Under the pieces are notes generated by a model, which worked only from the letters and a program-made list of their open reading frames with translations, was not told the DNA's origin and ran no database searches. Both the position numbers and the translations under genes were made by a program. Below are positions 27,274 to 36,682 of a stretch of 64,000 bases of DNA, piece after piece (positions within the stretch are counted from its first letter, which is position 1; each line of letters opens with the position of its first letter). This DNA is from a virus, in the IMG/VR virus record IMGVR_UViG_3300032224_001591, positions 83,249 to 147,248 of that record, one strand, 5' to 3'.

Positions 27274-27288
27274 AAAAAGTCGTATATT
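27260..27288 (+). promoter_or_regulatory. TTGG-N19-TATATT promoter
   Basis: Exact motif, which places the true start of the next gene at or after 27321. Confidence 0.7.
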
Positions 27289-27320
27289 TAGGTATAATAA
27301 AAAATAAAAATAAAGGTTTT

Positions 27321-28160
27321 ATGATTAACATCGAAATGAAAAAAAGAGGTCGTCCTTCAAAAGCTATGAACACAAACGAAACTAAACGTAGAGGACGTCC
27401 GTCCACAAAATTATTTGTTAGTACTTTTAATCCTGACGAAGTAAAGTTATTTCGTGGTAGTGATTTAAGATTTAGTGATTCATTGTTTCAACCAATGAAA
27501 ACTAATCGTGAAATAGATACTATCTTATCTACAGATGGTGGTTTAATGCCAGGTACAAATATGGTACTAGTTGGTGGTCCAGGATCTGGTAAATCTACAG
27601 TAGCATTAGATATGTTAGCTGATTTTACAAATCAAGGATATAAATGTTTATTCGTTTCAGCTGAAATGGATGAAATCGCTCACTACAAATATTGTAAGCG
27701 TATGCCTAAATTTCAAAATGTACAAACGTTATTTTTGAAAAATTATGCTGATAATATTAAAGATGCTATTGAATATGTTTTTGATCAAGGATATGATGTT
27801 ATAGCAATCGACTCAATTGCTGAAGTTATTGAAATGTACAAAGATACTTATCGTACAACTGAATCTGCTGCTGAATTTTGGTTTTTAAATTTACAAGATA
27901 AACATAAAAAAGGCGGTAATGGTCCTGGTTTTTATACAACATTTATTAATATTCAACAAGTTACTAAAGCTGGTGATTTTGCTGGTAGTAACAGATTAAA
28001 ACACATGACTGACGCCATGTGCCATGTTGAACGTGATAAAGATGGTTTACAACGTAGTTTACATTTTAGTAAAAATCGTGATTGCGATAAAGATTATAAA
28101 GTATACTTCAATATATTTCAAGATTTTGTTCATTATTCATACGAAACAGTTAGCGAATAG
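27321..28160 (+). CDS. RadA/Sms-like ATPase with N-terminal AT-hooks
   Basis: GGPGSGKS, IAIDS, QVTKAGDFAG...LKHMTD and SKNR. Two RGRP motifs at the N-terminus. Confidence 0.75.
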   Translation: MINIEMKKRGRPSKAMNTNETKRRGRPSTKLFVSTFNPDEVKLFRGSDLRFSDSLFQPMKTNREIDTILSTDGGLMPGTNMVLVGGPGSGKSTVALDMLADFTNQGYKCLFVSAEMDEIAHYKYCKRMPKFQNVQTLFLKNYADNIKDAIEYVFDQGYDVIAIDSIAEVIEMYKDTYRTTESAAEFWFLNLQDKHKKGGNGPGFYTTFINIQQVTKAGDFAGSNRLKHMTDAMCHVERDKDGLQRSLHFSKNRDCDKDYKVYFNIFQDFVHYSYETVSE

Positions 28161-28162
28161 TT

Positions 28163-28669
28163 ATGGCTTATTCTCACGTATTAGACGGCTTTAAAACGTC
28201 ACCAAAGGAAATTGTTGATTATGAAATTAGCAAATTACAAAGGTTAAATTACAATCGTTTCTTTTGGTGGCGTAATTTTGCCATTAAACAAAAACCACTA
28301 CACAAATATTCTCCATTAATAGATAAAATAAAAAATGGTGATTATGATCCTTCACCATATCGTTGGATGGCTCAACACGCTGTTTTAGAAGCATATCCTA
28401 AAATTGATGTTGAAAAAGATGACCCTGTAAAACAATCAGAAATATTAGTATTAGATGTAGCTCGTTATCGCCGTTTAATGGCTGATTTTGAAAAAGATGA
28501 AGCAGAACGAATGAGTAATTTGTACAAAGAGTTTAAAATTAACTTCAAATTAGATGAAGAAACAGTGCAAAACGAAATGCTTAATTTTGATGGTACCTTA
28601 GAAGAATTTTATCACTATATCAGAAAAAAATATAGGGAAAATAATAGAGTTTTTGGAGATTTCAGTTAG
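28163..28669 (+). CDS. Hypothetical protein
   Basis: 168-aa ORF. Confidence 0.7.
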   Translation: MAYSHVLDGFKTSPKEIVDYEISKLQRLNYNRFFWWRNFAIKQKPLHKYSPLIDKIKNGDYDPSPYRWMAQHAVLEAYPKIDVEKDDPVKQSEILVLDVARYRRLMADFEKDEAERMSNLYKEFKINFKLDEETVQNEMLNFDGTLEEFYHYIRKKYRENNRVFGDFS

Positions 28670-28685
28670 ATTAATTATATTTATA
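28653..28685 (+). promoter_or_regulatory. TTGG-N19-TATATT promoter with overlapping TATTTATA
   Basis: TTGG at 28653, TATATT at 28676. Confidence 0.65.
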
Positions 28686-28700
28686 GATACAACATAGGTT

Positions 28701-29501
28701 ATGAATAAAAAAATAAAAGTTTTTCATGAAGTTCCTTTTGAACTATTAGAATTAAGTAGAGAATTTACAGATGGAGACTATTGTCTTCCTCATTTAATGG
28801 ATCAATATGAAATCTATCGTGATTATTTTTACGATTCAAAACAACAAGGACGTTATATCATTATGGATAACTCCTTACATGAGCTAGGTACAGCTTATGA
28901 TACTGAACGTTTATTATATTGGATAAACGAACTTAAACCAAATGAATTTATAGTACCGGATGTTTGGGAAAATACAACTCAATCAATTGTTAATGCTAGA
29001 AAATGGTCTCAAATTAAATTACCGGACGAAGTAACTAAAGTAGCAGTTGTTCAAGCAACAAGTATTGGAGATGCTATTACTTGTTATCAAACATACAAGG
29101 ATTTAGGTTATAAGAAAATAGCATTTTCATATGGTGCTTCTCATTATAATAATATAAGCGATCATCCCCATAAAGACTTAGGTAAAGCATTAGGCCGAAT
29201 TAAATTGATAAGTCAAATGTATAGAACCAAAGTAATATCAGCAACTGATAGAGTGCATCTTTTAGGATGTGCTGTGCCTCAAGAATTTGGTTGGTATGTT
29301 GATATGCCTTTTATTGAAAGTATTGATACATCAAATCCGATTATGGCAGCTTTAGAAGGTACAGCTTATGGTTTTAATGGATTAAATGAAAAACCAAAAT
29401 TAAATATGAATCAAGCTCAAACTTGCCCTTATGATGAAATTAATATTGATTTAGTACGTCATAATGTAGAGTTATTTCGATCAATAAACAATTTAAACTA
29501 A
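28701..29501 (+). CDS. TGT-fold protein, putative DpdA-like DNA deazaguanine transglycosylase
   Basis: IMDNS, VPDV, VVQ, RVHLLG and ESIDTS TGT-like motifs. Upstream of queC/D/E. Confidence 0.6.
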   Translation: MNKKIKVFHEVPFELLELSREFTDGDYCLPHLMDQYEIYRDYFYDSKQQGRYIIMDNSLHELGTAYDTERLLYWINELKPNEFIVPDVWENTTQSIVNARKWSQIKLPDEVTKVAVVQATSIGDAITCYQTYKDLGYKKIAFSYGASHYNNISDHPHKDLGKALGRIKLISQMYRTKVISATDRVHLLGCAVPQEFGWYVDMPFIESIDTSNPIMAALEGTAYGFNGLNEKPKLNMNQAQTCPYDEINIDLVRHNVELFRSINNLN

Positions 29502-29507
29502 TATATC

Positions 29508-29756
29508 ATGTCAAATCAAACAGAATTAATTTCACTTTACGATTATTTAGGTAAAGCAGCAGGTAAAGAATTAGGAGGTAAAGTATATCAATTTGCCGTA
29601 ATTATGGGAGCTAGAACAGGTACTAAAACTGTATCTCATTCTCCATCCCCTCAGGGCCGTATTATGACATATGAAAAACACTTTTTAGATCAATTTTTTT
29701 ACGTACAATCATTATTTACAAATACAACTATTAAACAATTAGAATTACCATTTTAA
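29508..29756 (+). CDS. Hypothetical protein
   Basis: 82-aa ORF. Confidence 0.65.
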   Translation: MSNQTELISLYDYLGKAAGKELGGKVYQFAVIMGARTGTKTVSHSPSPQGRIMTYEKHFLDQFFYVQSLFTNTTIKQLELPF

Positions 29757-29757
29757 T

Positions 29758-30657
29758 ATGAAAAATAAAAAATACGCAGTACTAAGTCTATCAGGTGGGA
29801 TGGATAGCAGTACATTATTGCTCCATTTATTGGCAACAGGACATCAGGTGTGTGCTCTCTCATTTGATTATGGACAAAAACATAAAATAGAACTAGAACG
29901 AGCAGCATCATTAGTAGAATATATCAATTCAGATCCATCACAAGGATGGTTATCTAAAGATTATCCTAAAGTAAGACATCAAATTATCAAATTAGATGGT
30001 TTATCTCAGTTATTAAATTCATCATTAGTTGAAGGCGGAAGTGATGTTCCTGAAGGACACTATGCTGAAGAAAATATGAAAGCAACTGTAGTACCTAATC
30101 GTAATAAAATATTTGCATCTATTATTCAAGCAGTAGCATTATCAATTACTGAACAAAATAATGCTGAATGTACTATTGCGATGGGGATTCATGCTGGAGA
30201 CCACCAAATTTATATGGACTGTAGACAAGAATTTAGAGATGCTGATTTTGAAGCATTCAAACTAGGTAATTGGGGTTCTGAAAAAGTAACAATATCAACT
30301 CCATTTTTAGAAGTAGATAAATTTGATATTTTAAAACATGGTTTAGAATGTTGTACTGAATTAGGTTTAGATTTTGATGAAGTATATAAACGTACTAACA
30401 CATCTTATAAACCAATTTATATCCCACACATAGCTGTATTAAATACAACAACTGGGAAATATGACGATGTTTTAGATAAAGGTAATTGGTACTCAGATTA
30501 TAAATCAGCAGCATCAGTAGAACGTATTGAAGCATTTATTAAACTAGGTCGTCCTGATTCAGTAGCATATGCGGATGAAACTGGTCCTGTAAGTTGGGAA
30601 GTAGCTAGGGCACATGCAGAACAAGTTCTTGCAAATCATTTGGAAAACCAAAAATAA
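29758..30657 (+). CDS. queC: 7-cyano-7-deazaguanine synthase
   Basis: SLSGGMDS, FDYGQKH..E, VVPNRN, HAGD...YxDCR.EF. Confidence 0.9.
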   Translation: MKNKKYAVLSLSGGMDSSTLLLHLLATGHQVCALSFDYGQKHKIELERAASLVEYINSDPSQGWLSKDYPKVRHQIIKLDGLSQLLNSSLVEGGSDVPEGHYAEENMKATVVPNRNKIFASIIQAVALSITEQNNAECTIAMGIHAGDHQIYMDCRQEFRDADFEAFKLGNWGSEKVTISTPFLEVDKFDILKHGLECCTELGLDFDEVYKRTNTSYKPIYIPHIAVLNTTTGKYDDVLDKGNWYSDYKSAASVERIEAFIKLGRPDSVAYADETGPVSWEVARAHAEQVLANHLENQK

Positions 30658-30668
30658 GGTTGTATATT
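30640..30668 (+). promoter_or_regulatory. TTGG-N19-TATATT promoter
   Basis: Exact motif overlapping the end of queC. Confidence 0.6.
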
Positions 30669-30674
30669 ACGGAC

Positions 30675-30881
30675 ATGAAAAGAAAAAAAGATGAAGTACC
30701 ACAACCATTTTATGTCGTTATGAATCAAGATGGACAAGTATATGTTGGGTTAAAAGGCGGTAAACCTAAATATTCAGATAAATGGAGTGAGTATAAACCA
30801 CTACATGAATGTAACACAACATTACTTCGTTTTTTAGATTCTAAAATTGAATTAATTAAAGAAGAAGAATTTATAAATTAA
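30675..30881 (+). CDS. Hypothetical protein
   Basis: ATG 30675, downstream of the promoter motif, is preferred over TTG 30660. Confidence 0.6.
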   Translation: MKRKKDEVPQPFYVVMNQDGQVYVGLKGGKPKYSDKWSEYKPLHECNTTLLRFLDSKIELIKEEEFIN

Positions 30882-30886
30882 AAAAC

Positions 30887-31132
30887 ATGAAACAATTATT
30901 TTATTTTAGTGCTGGTTGGTGCCAGCCATGTAAAGCCTTAGGTCCTACAATGGATCAAGTTGCTAAAACAATTCCCGTTAGAAAATTTAACGTTGATTAT
31001 GAACCCGAAGTAAGTATACGTTTTGGTATTACTAGTATTCCTACGGTTATACTTGTGGAAAACGAACAAGAAGTTCGTAGATTTAGTGGAGTAAAAACTT
31101 ATAACGAAATTATTAATTGGGTAAATCAGTAA
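30887..31132 (+). CDS. Thioredoxin
   Basis: WCQPC active site and IPT cis-Pro motif. Confidence 0.9.
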   Translation: MKQLFYFSAGWCQPCKALGPTMDQVAKTIPVRKFNVDYEPEVSIRFGITSIPTVILVENEQEVRRFSGVKTYNEIINWVNQ

Positions 31133-31134
31133 AA

Positions 31135-31614
31135 ATGGCTAGATACATTTCAACAAAAACATTTGACAACTATTCAGTTGCAATTAGACAATGGAGAGCA
31201 CAACATTCACACTGTCAACTATTACACGGTTACGGAATGTATTTTAAAGTATGGTTTGCAAGTAATGAACCCGATATCGAAAATCAATTAGACGATATGA
31301 ATTGGATAGTTGACTTTGGTGGTTTTAAAGAAGCACCTAGAGGTAATGGACTTAAAGCTTGGATGGATCATATGTTTGATCATACTCTACTTATTGAAAA
31401 AGATGATCCATATTTAGATTTTTTTAGAGCAGCAGAAATGGAAGGATTATGTCATTTAAGAGTTATGGACAAGATGGGATGTGAAAACTTAGCCAAACTT
31501 GTTTATGATAAATTCAATGATGTGTTATCTAAAAATGATGCTGGTCGTTGTAAAGTAATTAAAGTAGAATGTTTCGAACACGAAAAAAATTCTGCAATAT
31601 TTCAAGAAGACTAA
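31135..31614 (+). CDS. queD: 6-carboxy-5,6,7,8-tetrahydropterin synthase
   Basis: HSHCQLLHGY, IVDFG, FDH, ENLA, V.CFE. Confidence 0.85.
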   Translation: MARYISTKTFDNYSVAIRQWRAQHSHCQLLHGYGMYFKVWFASNEPDIENQLDDMNWIVDFGGFKEAPRGNGLKAWMDHMFDHTLLIEKDDPYLDFFRAAEMEGLCHLRVMDKMGCENLAKLVYDKFNDVLSKNDAGRCKVIKVECFEHEKNSAIFQED

Positions 31615-31624
31615 ACTAACAATT

Positions 31625-31801
31625 ATGGAAATCAAAGAAATTATCATATGCGAGCGTTGTAAAGGAAATGGTACCGAATACAAACCCATTCTAGCACAAC
31701 CCGTTAAATATGTTACATGTGAAGCCTGTAACGGTTCAGGTAGATTAGTTAAAGAAACAACCGTTAAATATTATCCATTTAAAAACAATAACGATGAGTA
31801 A
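31625..31801 (+). CDS. Small DnaJ-type zinc-finger protein, 58 aa (not in ORF track)
   Basis: CERCKGNG and CEACNGSG (two CxxCxGxG motifs). Confidence 0.7.
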   Translation: MEIKEIIICERCKGNGTEYKPILAQPVKYVTCEACNGSGRLVKETTVKYYPFKNNNDE

Positions 31802-32624
31802 AATAGACCCACACAAACTACTTATTAGTAGTGACTTCTACTCAGTACAAGGAGAAGGTATTAGTACAGGTGTTCCATCTTACTTTATTAGACTAGGTTT
31901 ATGTAATTTAACCTGTGGTATGTCTAACCGTTTTTTAAAAGCGCTAATTAATGAGAAAGAATTAGCTGACGGTGAGATATTCAAAGGTGACTTAGAACTA
32001 GAAGGTAAAGCAACTTGGACTTGTGATAGTACATCTCAATGGGCTTGGAGAGGTGAAGATAAAGATTTTCAATATCTAATTGATAGATGGAAAGAACAAG
32101 ACATTTATGATGATATTAAAAACGGAACAATTCATTTAATTTGGACTGGTGGTGAACCTACAATTAAAGGACATCAAGAGGCAATTACTAATTTCTTAAC
32201 TTACTGGTACGAACAGGATGCTTCAATTGAACCATATAATGAAATTGAAACAAACGGTACTGTAGAAATTGGAGATAATTTATTCGAACAACTACACCAA
32301 ATCAATAGCTCACCTAAGTTATCAAACTCAGGTATGACTGAGAAACAACGTATTAAACCAGAAGCGATTAAACGCATTATGGAACATTCTAATTACCAAT
32401 TTAAATTTGTTATATCTAATGAAGAAGACGTACAAGAAATATTCCGTGACTTTATCGTACCATTTAGCATACCTCTTGCCAATGTGGTTTGTATGCCAGG
32501 ACTAGATAGCCAAACTGATTTTCATGAGCGTACTCAATTTGTATTAGAGATGAGTAAAAAATATCGCTTCAGAGGCCTTACACGCCTGCATATATCAGCC
32601 TGGGATAAAACGTTGAATGTTTAG
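31794..32624 (+). CDS. queE: 7-carboxy-7-deazaguanine synthase (radical SAM)
   Basis: FYSVQGEG, FIRLGLCNLTC...WTCD, TGGEP, ETNG, SPKLSNSG, RLH. Confidence 0.9.
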   Translation: MSKIDPHKLLISSDFYSVQGEGISTGVPSYFIRLGLCNLTCGMSNRFLKALINEKELADGEIFKGDLELEGKATWTCDSTSQWAWRGEDKDFQYLIDRWKEQDIYDDIKNGTIHLIWTGGEPTIKGHQEAITNFLTYWYEQDASIEPYNEIETNGTVEIGDNLFEQLHQINSSPKLSNSGMTEKQRIKPEAIKRIMEHSNYQFKFVISNEEDVQEIFRDFIVPFSIPLANVVCMPGLDSQTDFHERTQFVLEMSKKYRFRGLTRLHISAWDKTLNV

Positions 32625-32662
32625 TAGAAAACGAAATAAATAAAACATTAAACAAATAATAT

Positions 32663-33229
32663 ATGAAATCAGTATTAGCAGAAAAATTAATGAGCATATG
32701 CTCACCAGACAAAGATCTATCAAATGATCACAACCCGGATAATACATTCGGCATTGACAATTTAACAGACAAGCAACGCACTCAGATAGAAGAGGAGTTG
32801 ATCAAACATTTTGGATTTGAAAGGATAATATGGATGGATCTACCATCAGGCCTAACAGAAGATGGTAATCCTATAGTAGCCAAAACAATTAAAATAAACG
32901 ATACGGACAATCCAGACTATGCAGGTAAAGTAGGATACCTATATAAAGTATTATTTACTCCGCTAGTATACGATCCAAATAGCCTCCACCAGCCAATAAA
33001 AGACGGATGCGTAATAACACCTTTGATTTACAATCCAATATCATTTCTACCAAAAAGAAGTATTACGATTGAATGGTCGCCTGAGTTTCCTCAAGATATA
33101 GATAATCCTATAACTTGGGAAGATCAAAAGAAAATGCTACACGATAAATTAGAAACTATATTAGAAAATCCAGACTTATTCTTACCAGAAGGATATAGAG
33201 GATGTTTAGTAAGATTTGCAGCAGTATAA
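32663..33229 (+). CDS. Hypothetical protein, apparently a recent insertion
   Basis: 188-aa ORF with atypical codon use, flanked by duplicated sequence (see findings). Confidence 0.7.
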   Translation: MKSVLAEKLMSICSPDKDLSNDHNPDNTFGIDNLTDKQRTQIEEELIKHFGFERIIWMDLPSGLTEDGNPIVAKTIKINDTDNPDYAGKVGYLYKVLFTPLVYDPNSLHQPIKDGCVITPLIYNPISFLPKRSITIEWSPEFPQDIDNPITWEDQKKMLHDKLETILENPDLFLPEGYRGCLVRFAAV

Positions 33230-33247
33230 AACATTAAATGTATAATT

Positions 33248-33427
33248 ATGGATAATTCTATTGAGCAGCACTTAAAAGATATCTTAGTAGAAAAAGGAAT
33301 TGAACTATCACTAATAAGCGATTATATAGAAGATATATTCGCTTTTAGTGGGTTCGAATCTTACGAAGGGATATCAGATAAAGAAGTATACGAAGACTTT
33401 AAACAATGGCAACTACATGCAGGATAA
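33248..33427 (+). CDS. Small acidic hypothetical protein, 59 aa (not in ORF track)
   Basis: MDNSIEQHLKDILVEKG...WQLHAG*, which fills the gap. Confidence 0.55.
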   Translation: MDNSIEQHLKDILVEKGIELSLISDYIEDIFAFSGFESYEGISDKEVYEDFKQWQLHAG

Positions 33428-34079
33428 CAAATATAGTATTATCATAGAATATCAAAATGGACTTAGAATTACATGTTACGATTTACATGATGATACAACT
33501 GAATTTTGGGTTAAAATTTATATTAAACAACAAAAACAAAACCGAAAATTAGTTTGGGAATATAACAATGTTGGTGGTCAAATTGTTGATGAAGTTATAA
33601 TTAATAATGAGATTTTTAAAATACCATTTGCTGAAAGTGCAATTAAACATGCTTATTTTGTAGATTATTTCTATAAAGGATTAGTCCCTTATCATATCGA
33701 AATTTATAAACGTTATACAGATGAACTTATACATTCCGAATCATTTGATTGTCGTCATAAATTAGTTAATTTTACTTTACACAGTGATGATCCTAAAGAA
33801 TTACATACTTGGGCTTGTGCTATTAAAAAGTTTAAGGAAGAAAATAATTGTGAAATATCAGTTATAAATGATGTATTATGGGAAACTAAAGAATATGACT
33901 TTGTAGATGCTTATTATCGTGTTGAAGATAATTTTTCACAATATTATGCTGGATTTACTGTTGGAGAATTTGGTGATGAAAATGCTCCGGATTTATTTCG
34001 TAATCCTGATGGTATAAAAAATAAAACATCATTAGATATTATTGAAGACATTTTATATCATTATACTAAGAATCTATGA
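33417..34079 (+). CDS. Hypothetical protein, weakly similar to the N-terminal part of autotransporter heptosyltransferase-like proteins
   Basis: KLVNFTLHS...W...KFKEENNCEISV pattern. ATG at 33417. Confidence 0.45.
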   Translation: MQDNKYSIIIEYQNGLRITCYDLHDDTTEFWVKIYIKQQKQNRKLVWEYNNVGGQIVDEVIINNEIFKIPFAESAIKHAYFVDYFYKGLVPYHIEIYKRYTDELIHSESFDCRHKLVNFTLHSDDPKELHTWACAIKKFKEENNCEISVINDVLWETKEYDFVDAYYRVEDNFSQYYAGFTVGEFGDENAPDLFRNPDGIKNKTSLDIIEDILYHYTKNL

Positions 34080-34750
34080 GAAACGTTTTAATAATAATGA
34101 ATGCTCGAAACATGGCTCCTTTTAAAGAGTGTGTTGATAAACTAAATATAGATAAAGTTTGGTTTAAGGGCTATACTGAGTTTGAACTAAATACCCACAT
34201 TAATAAATTCATCCAGGAAACAGATTATGACAATTATTTTTTAGCACCTGATGATTTATTAATTAAAAAACATCATTTTGAATTATTAGAACGAAAGCTT
34301 CAACATCATGATATTGTTACGGGATGGGGTGTTTGGAGACAAAACTATACATGGACTACTATCTATAAACAAAATAGATTATACACTTATGGTCAAGGAC
34401 CGGCATTACCATTATTTAAAAAACATTATAATCTAGTCAAAACATATGAGGTAGACTCATTACCAGACGAAATAGAAACCGCTTTTACCGGCTGGTTTTT
34501 TACAGGAGCTAAACGACAAGTATGGTTAGAATATCCTTACCAAACATTAGCTATACATGATTATCAACCCGGAGCTTCTACGGATTTACATTGGTCTAAA
34601 AGAATATTATCCGATAAAAAATATAAGCAAATATGTATTAAAGACGCTAAAGTAATACACATATCATATATTGGTAAAGATTACTTAGATTTAAAATTTG
34701 ATACTAAAGAAATTAAATATGAACAAGCAACTATTAAAAGAGTCAATTAA
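34076..34750 (+). CDS. Glycosyltransferase (GT-A/GT2-like)
   Basis: APDDL DxD-like motif, FTGWFF, STDLHWS...H. Confidence 0.55.
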   Translation: MRNVLIIMNARNMAPFKECVDKLNIDKVWFKGYTEFELNTHINKFIQETDYDNYFLAPDDLLIKKHHFELLERKLQHHDIVTGWGVWRQNYTWTTIYKQNRLYTYGQGPALPLFKKHYNLVKTYEVDSLPDEIETAFTGWFFTGAKRQVWLEYPYQTLAIHDYQPGASTDLHWSKRILSDKKYKQICIKDAKVIHISYIGKDYLDLKFDTKEIKYEQATIKRVN

Positions 34751-35003
34751 TCGCAAAGAAAAATCAATTTTATTCTTTAACGCTACATGGTGTGGCGCTT
34801 GTAGGGATAGTTATGAAATAGTAGACCAAATCAAAGAATCAAAACCCGATTATAAATTTCATGACATTGATGTTGATGATAAAGATTCGAATGAAATTGG
34901 TGAATTATTCGAAGTTGACTTTTTACCTACCATAGTTATAATATCTGAAACAGGATATAAAACATACAGTGGTAAAAGCCAAATAAAGAAATTATTAAAA
35001 TAA
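34719..35003 (+). CDS. Thioredoxin-like protein
   Basis: WCGAC and LPT motifs. Confidence 0.8.
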   Translation: MNKQLLKESINRKEKSILFFNATWCGACRDSYEIVDQIKESKPDYKFHDIDVDDKDSNEIGELFEVDFLPTIVIISETGYKTYSGKSQIKKLLK

Positions 35004-35004
35004 T

Positions 35005-35033
35005 TTGGTTTCTTAAAAATTAGTTATTATATT
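35005..35033 (+). promoter_or_regulatory. TTGG-N19-TATATT promoter
   Basis: Exact motif upstream of folE. Confidence 0.7.
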
Positions 35034-35054
35034 ATAGAAATAAAATTTATACAA

Positions 35055-35690
35055 ATGGAGTTATTAAAAAAATCAAATGGTAGTTTACCACGTACACAAG
35101 ACGAAGTTAATCAAATGATTGACCAAGCTGAAAAAGCGTATGGTGAATTTCTCACAGCAGTAGGTTTTGACTATAAAGCAGATCGTCAAACTGAAGATAC
35201 ACCTCGTCGTGTAGCTAAAGCATGGTTAAAAGATTTAATCGTGGGTTCAATTACAGATGAACCAAATATTACAGTATTCCCTAATGACGATGGTTATGAT
35301 GGATTAGTAATCCAATCAGGTATTCCTATTGTTAGTATGTGTGCACATCACAACTTAGCATTTACTGGATTTGCTACAGTAGCATACGTACCAGGTGAAA
35401 ATGTAATTGGATTATCTAAATTAAATCGTATTGTAGAATGGTTTAGTCGTCGTCCACAAATGCAAGAGTCATTAACACAACAAATTCATGATTACTTAGC
35501 TACTAAAATGGATTGTCCCTCTGTAGCAGTAAGTATTGCTTGTAAACATACATGCTGTAGTTCAAGAGGAATAAAGCATAATTCAACAATGACAACTAAC
35601 AAATTTTCTGGGGTATTTATGGATCCTAGTAACTTAATTCGTGAAGAATTTTTACACGCAATTGAAGTTAATGGAACTAAAATGAAATAA
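35055..35690 (+). CDS. folE: GTP cyclohydrolase I
   Basis: TPRRVAK, SMCAHH, GLSKLNRIV, RPQMQE, HTC...RG. Confidence 0.95.
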   Translation: MELLKKSNGSLPRTQDEVNQMIDQAEKAYGEFLTAVGFDYKADRQTEDTPRRVAKAWLKDLIVGSITDEPNITVFPNDDGYDGLVIQSGIPIVSMCAHHNLAFTGFATVAYVPGENVIGLSKLNRIVEWFSRRPQMQESLTQQIHDYLATKMDCPSVAVSIACKHTCCSSRGIKHNSTMTTNKFSGVFMDPSNLIREEFLHAIEVNGTKMK

Positions 35691-35691
35691 T

Positions 35692-35853
35692 ATGCAACCA
35701 AAAGAATCAAAATCAAGTAGACACTTTAAAATTAGCTTAATTAAATCAGCATTTAGAATAATAGCGGGTGCTGCTCTAGCAATGGGAAATTTATATATAG
35801 CAGGAGCAACGCTTGTAGTAGCTGAATTATTAGGTATTGTAGAAGAATTATAA
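35692..35853 (+). CDS. Small membrane protein, 53 aa (not in ORF track)
   Basis: MQPKESKSSRHFKISLIKSAFRIIAG...AELLGIVEEL*. Confidence 0.6.
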   Translation: MQPKESKSSRHFKISLIKSAFRIIAGAALAMGNLYIAGATLVVAELLGIVEEL

Positions 35854-35864
35854 AAATATAAGTT

Positions 35865-36347
35865 ATGGAAAAAACAAATTATGTTCCATTTGTAAGTGAA
35901 GTAGAAATATTTAACGCTACAATGGGAAAACCAAACAATTACTCCCCTGTAATTCCAGAAGAAAAAGAATGGATGTTTGTGTATAATTTTATTCTTGAAG
36001 AATTAGAAGAATACAAACACGCTTGTGAAACTGGAAATATTGTTGAAGTATTAGATGCACTTTGCGATATCGCTTATGTATCAATAGGTAATGGAGTAAT
36101 GTTACACGGTTTAAAAGATCAAATATTACCAGCATATGCTGAAGTGCAAGCATCAAATATGTCTAAAGCTTGTAAAACTGAAGAAGAAGCAATTGAAACC
36201 GTAAAAGTAAGAAGCGTTGAACAAAATGCTGATTGCTATTATGAAAAACAAGGTGAATTTTGGGTTGTGTATCGTACGTATGATCGTAAAGTAATGAAAA
36301 GTATAAATTACTTTAAACCAAATCTTAAACAATTTTTAAATAAATAA
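35865..36347 (+). CDS. MazG-like / PRA-PH family NTP pyrophosphohydrolase
   Basis: EELEE...EVLDALCDI...EVQASNMSK...KVMKS. Confidence 0.8.
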   Translation: MEKTNYVPFVSEVEIFNATMGKPNNYSPVIPEEKEWMFVYNFILEELEEYKHACETGNIVEVLDALCDIAYVSIGNGVMLHGLKDQILPAYAEVQASNMSKACKTEEEAIETVKVRSVEQNADCYYEKQGEFWVVYRTYDRKVMKSINYFKPNLKQFLNK

Positions 36348-36349
36348 AC

Positions 36350-36655
36350 ATGACACAAGAAACAAGAAATGCAATTAATGCTTTAAAAGAAGTTATTTTT
36401 TCATCTAACCCAAATCCAAGATATGGAGCTATGATTGAAGCTTTAAACGCTTTAGAAGCAACATTACCTGTAGAAGAAGTAGTTGTAGCTAAATTAGAAG
36501 AAGTTAAAGCAGAAATTATCCATGAGATGCAAGAATTAGGTGCTACTGAAGAACAAATAGAAAATGTTGTAGAAGAAGTACAAGAAGCAATTGAGGAAGT
36601 AGTTACTCCTAAAAAGAAAACTACTAAAAAAACAACTGACACTCCAACAGTATAA
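36350..36655 (+). CDS. Hypothetical acidic protein with a basic tail
   Basis: E/V-rich body with a PKKKTTKK tail. Confidence 0.6.
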   Translation: MTQETRNAINALKEVIFSSNPNPRYGAMIEALNALEATLPVEEVVVAKLEEVKAEIIHEMQELGATEEQIENVVEEVQEAIEEVVTPKKKTTKKTTDTPTV

Positions 36656-36682
36656 TTTAATTTAAAAACGGTTTTGTAAATA

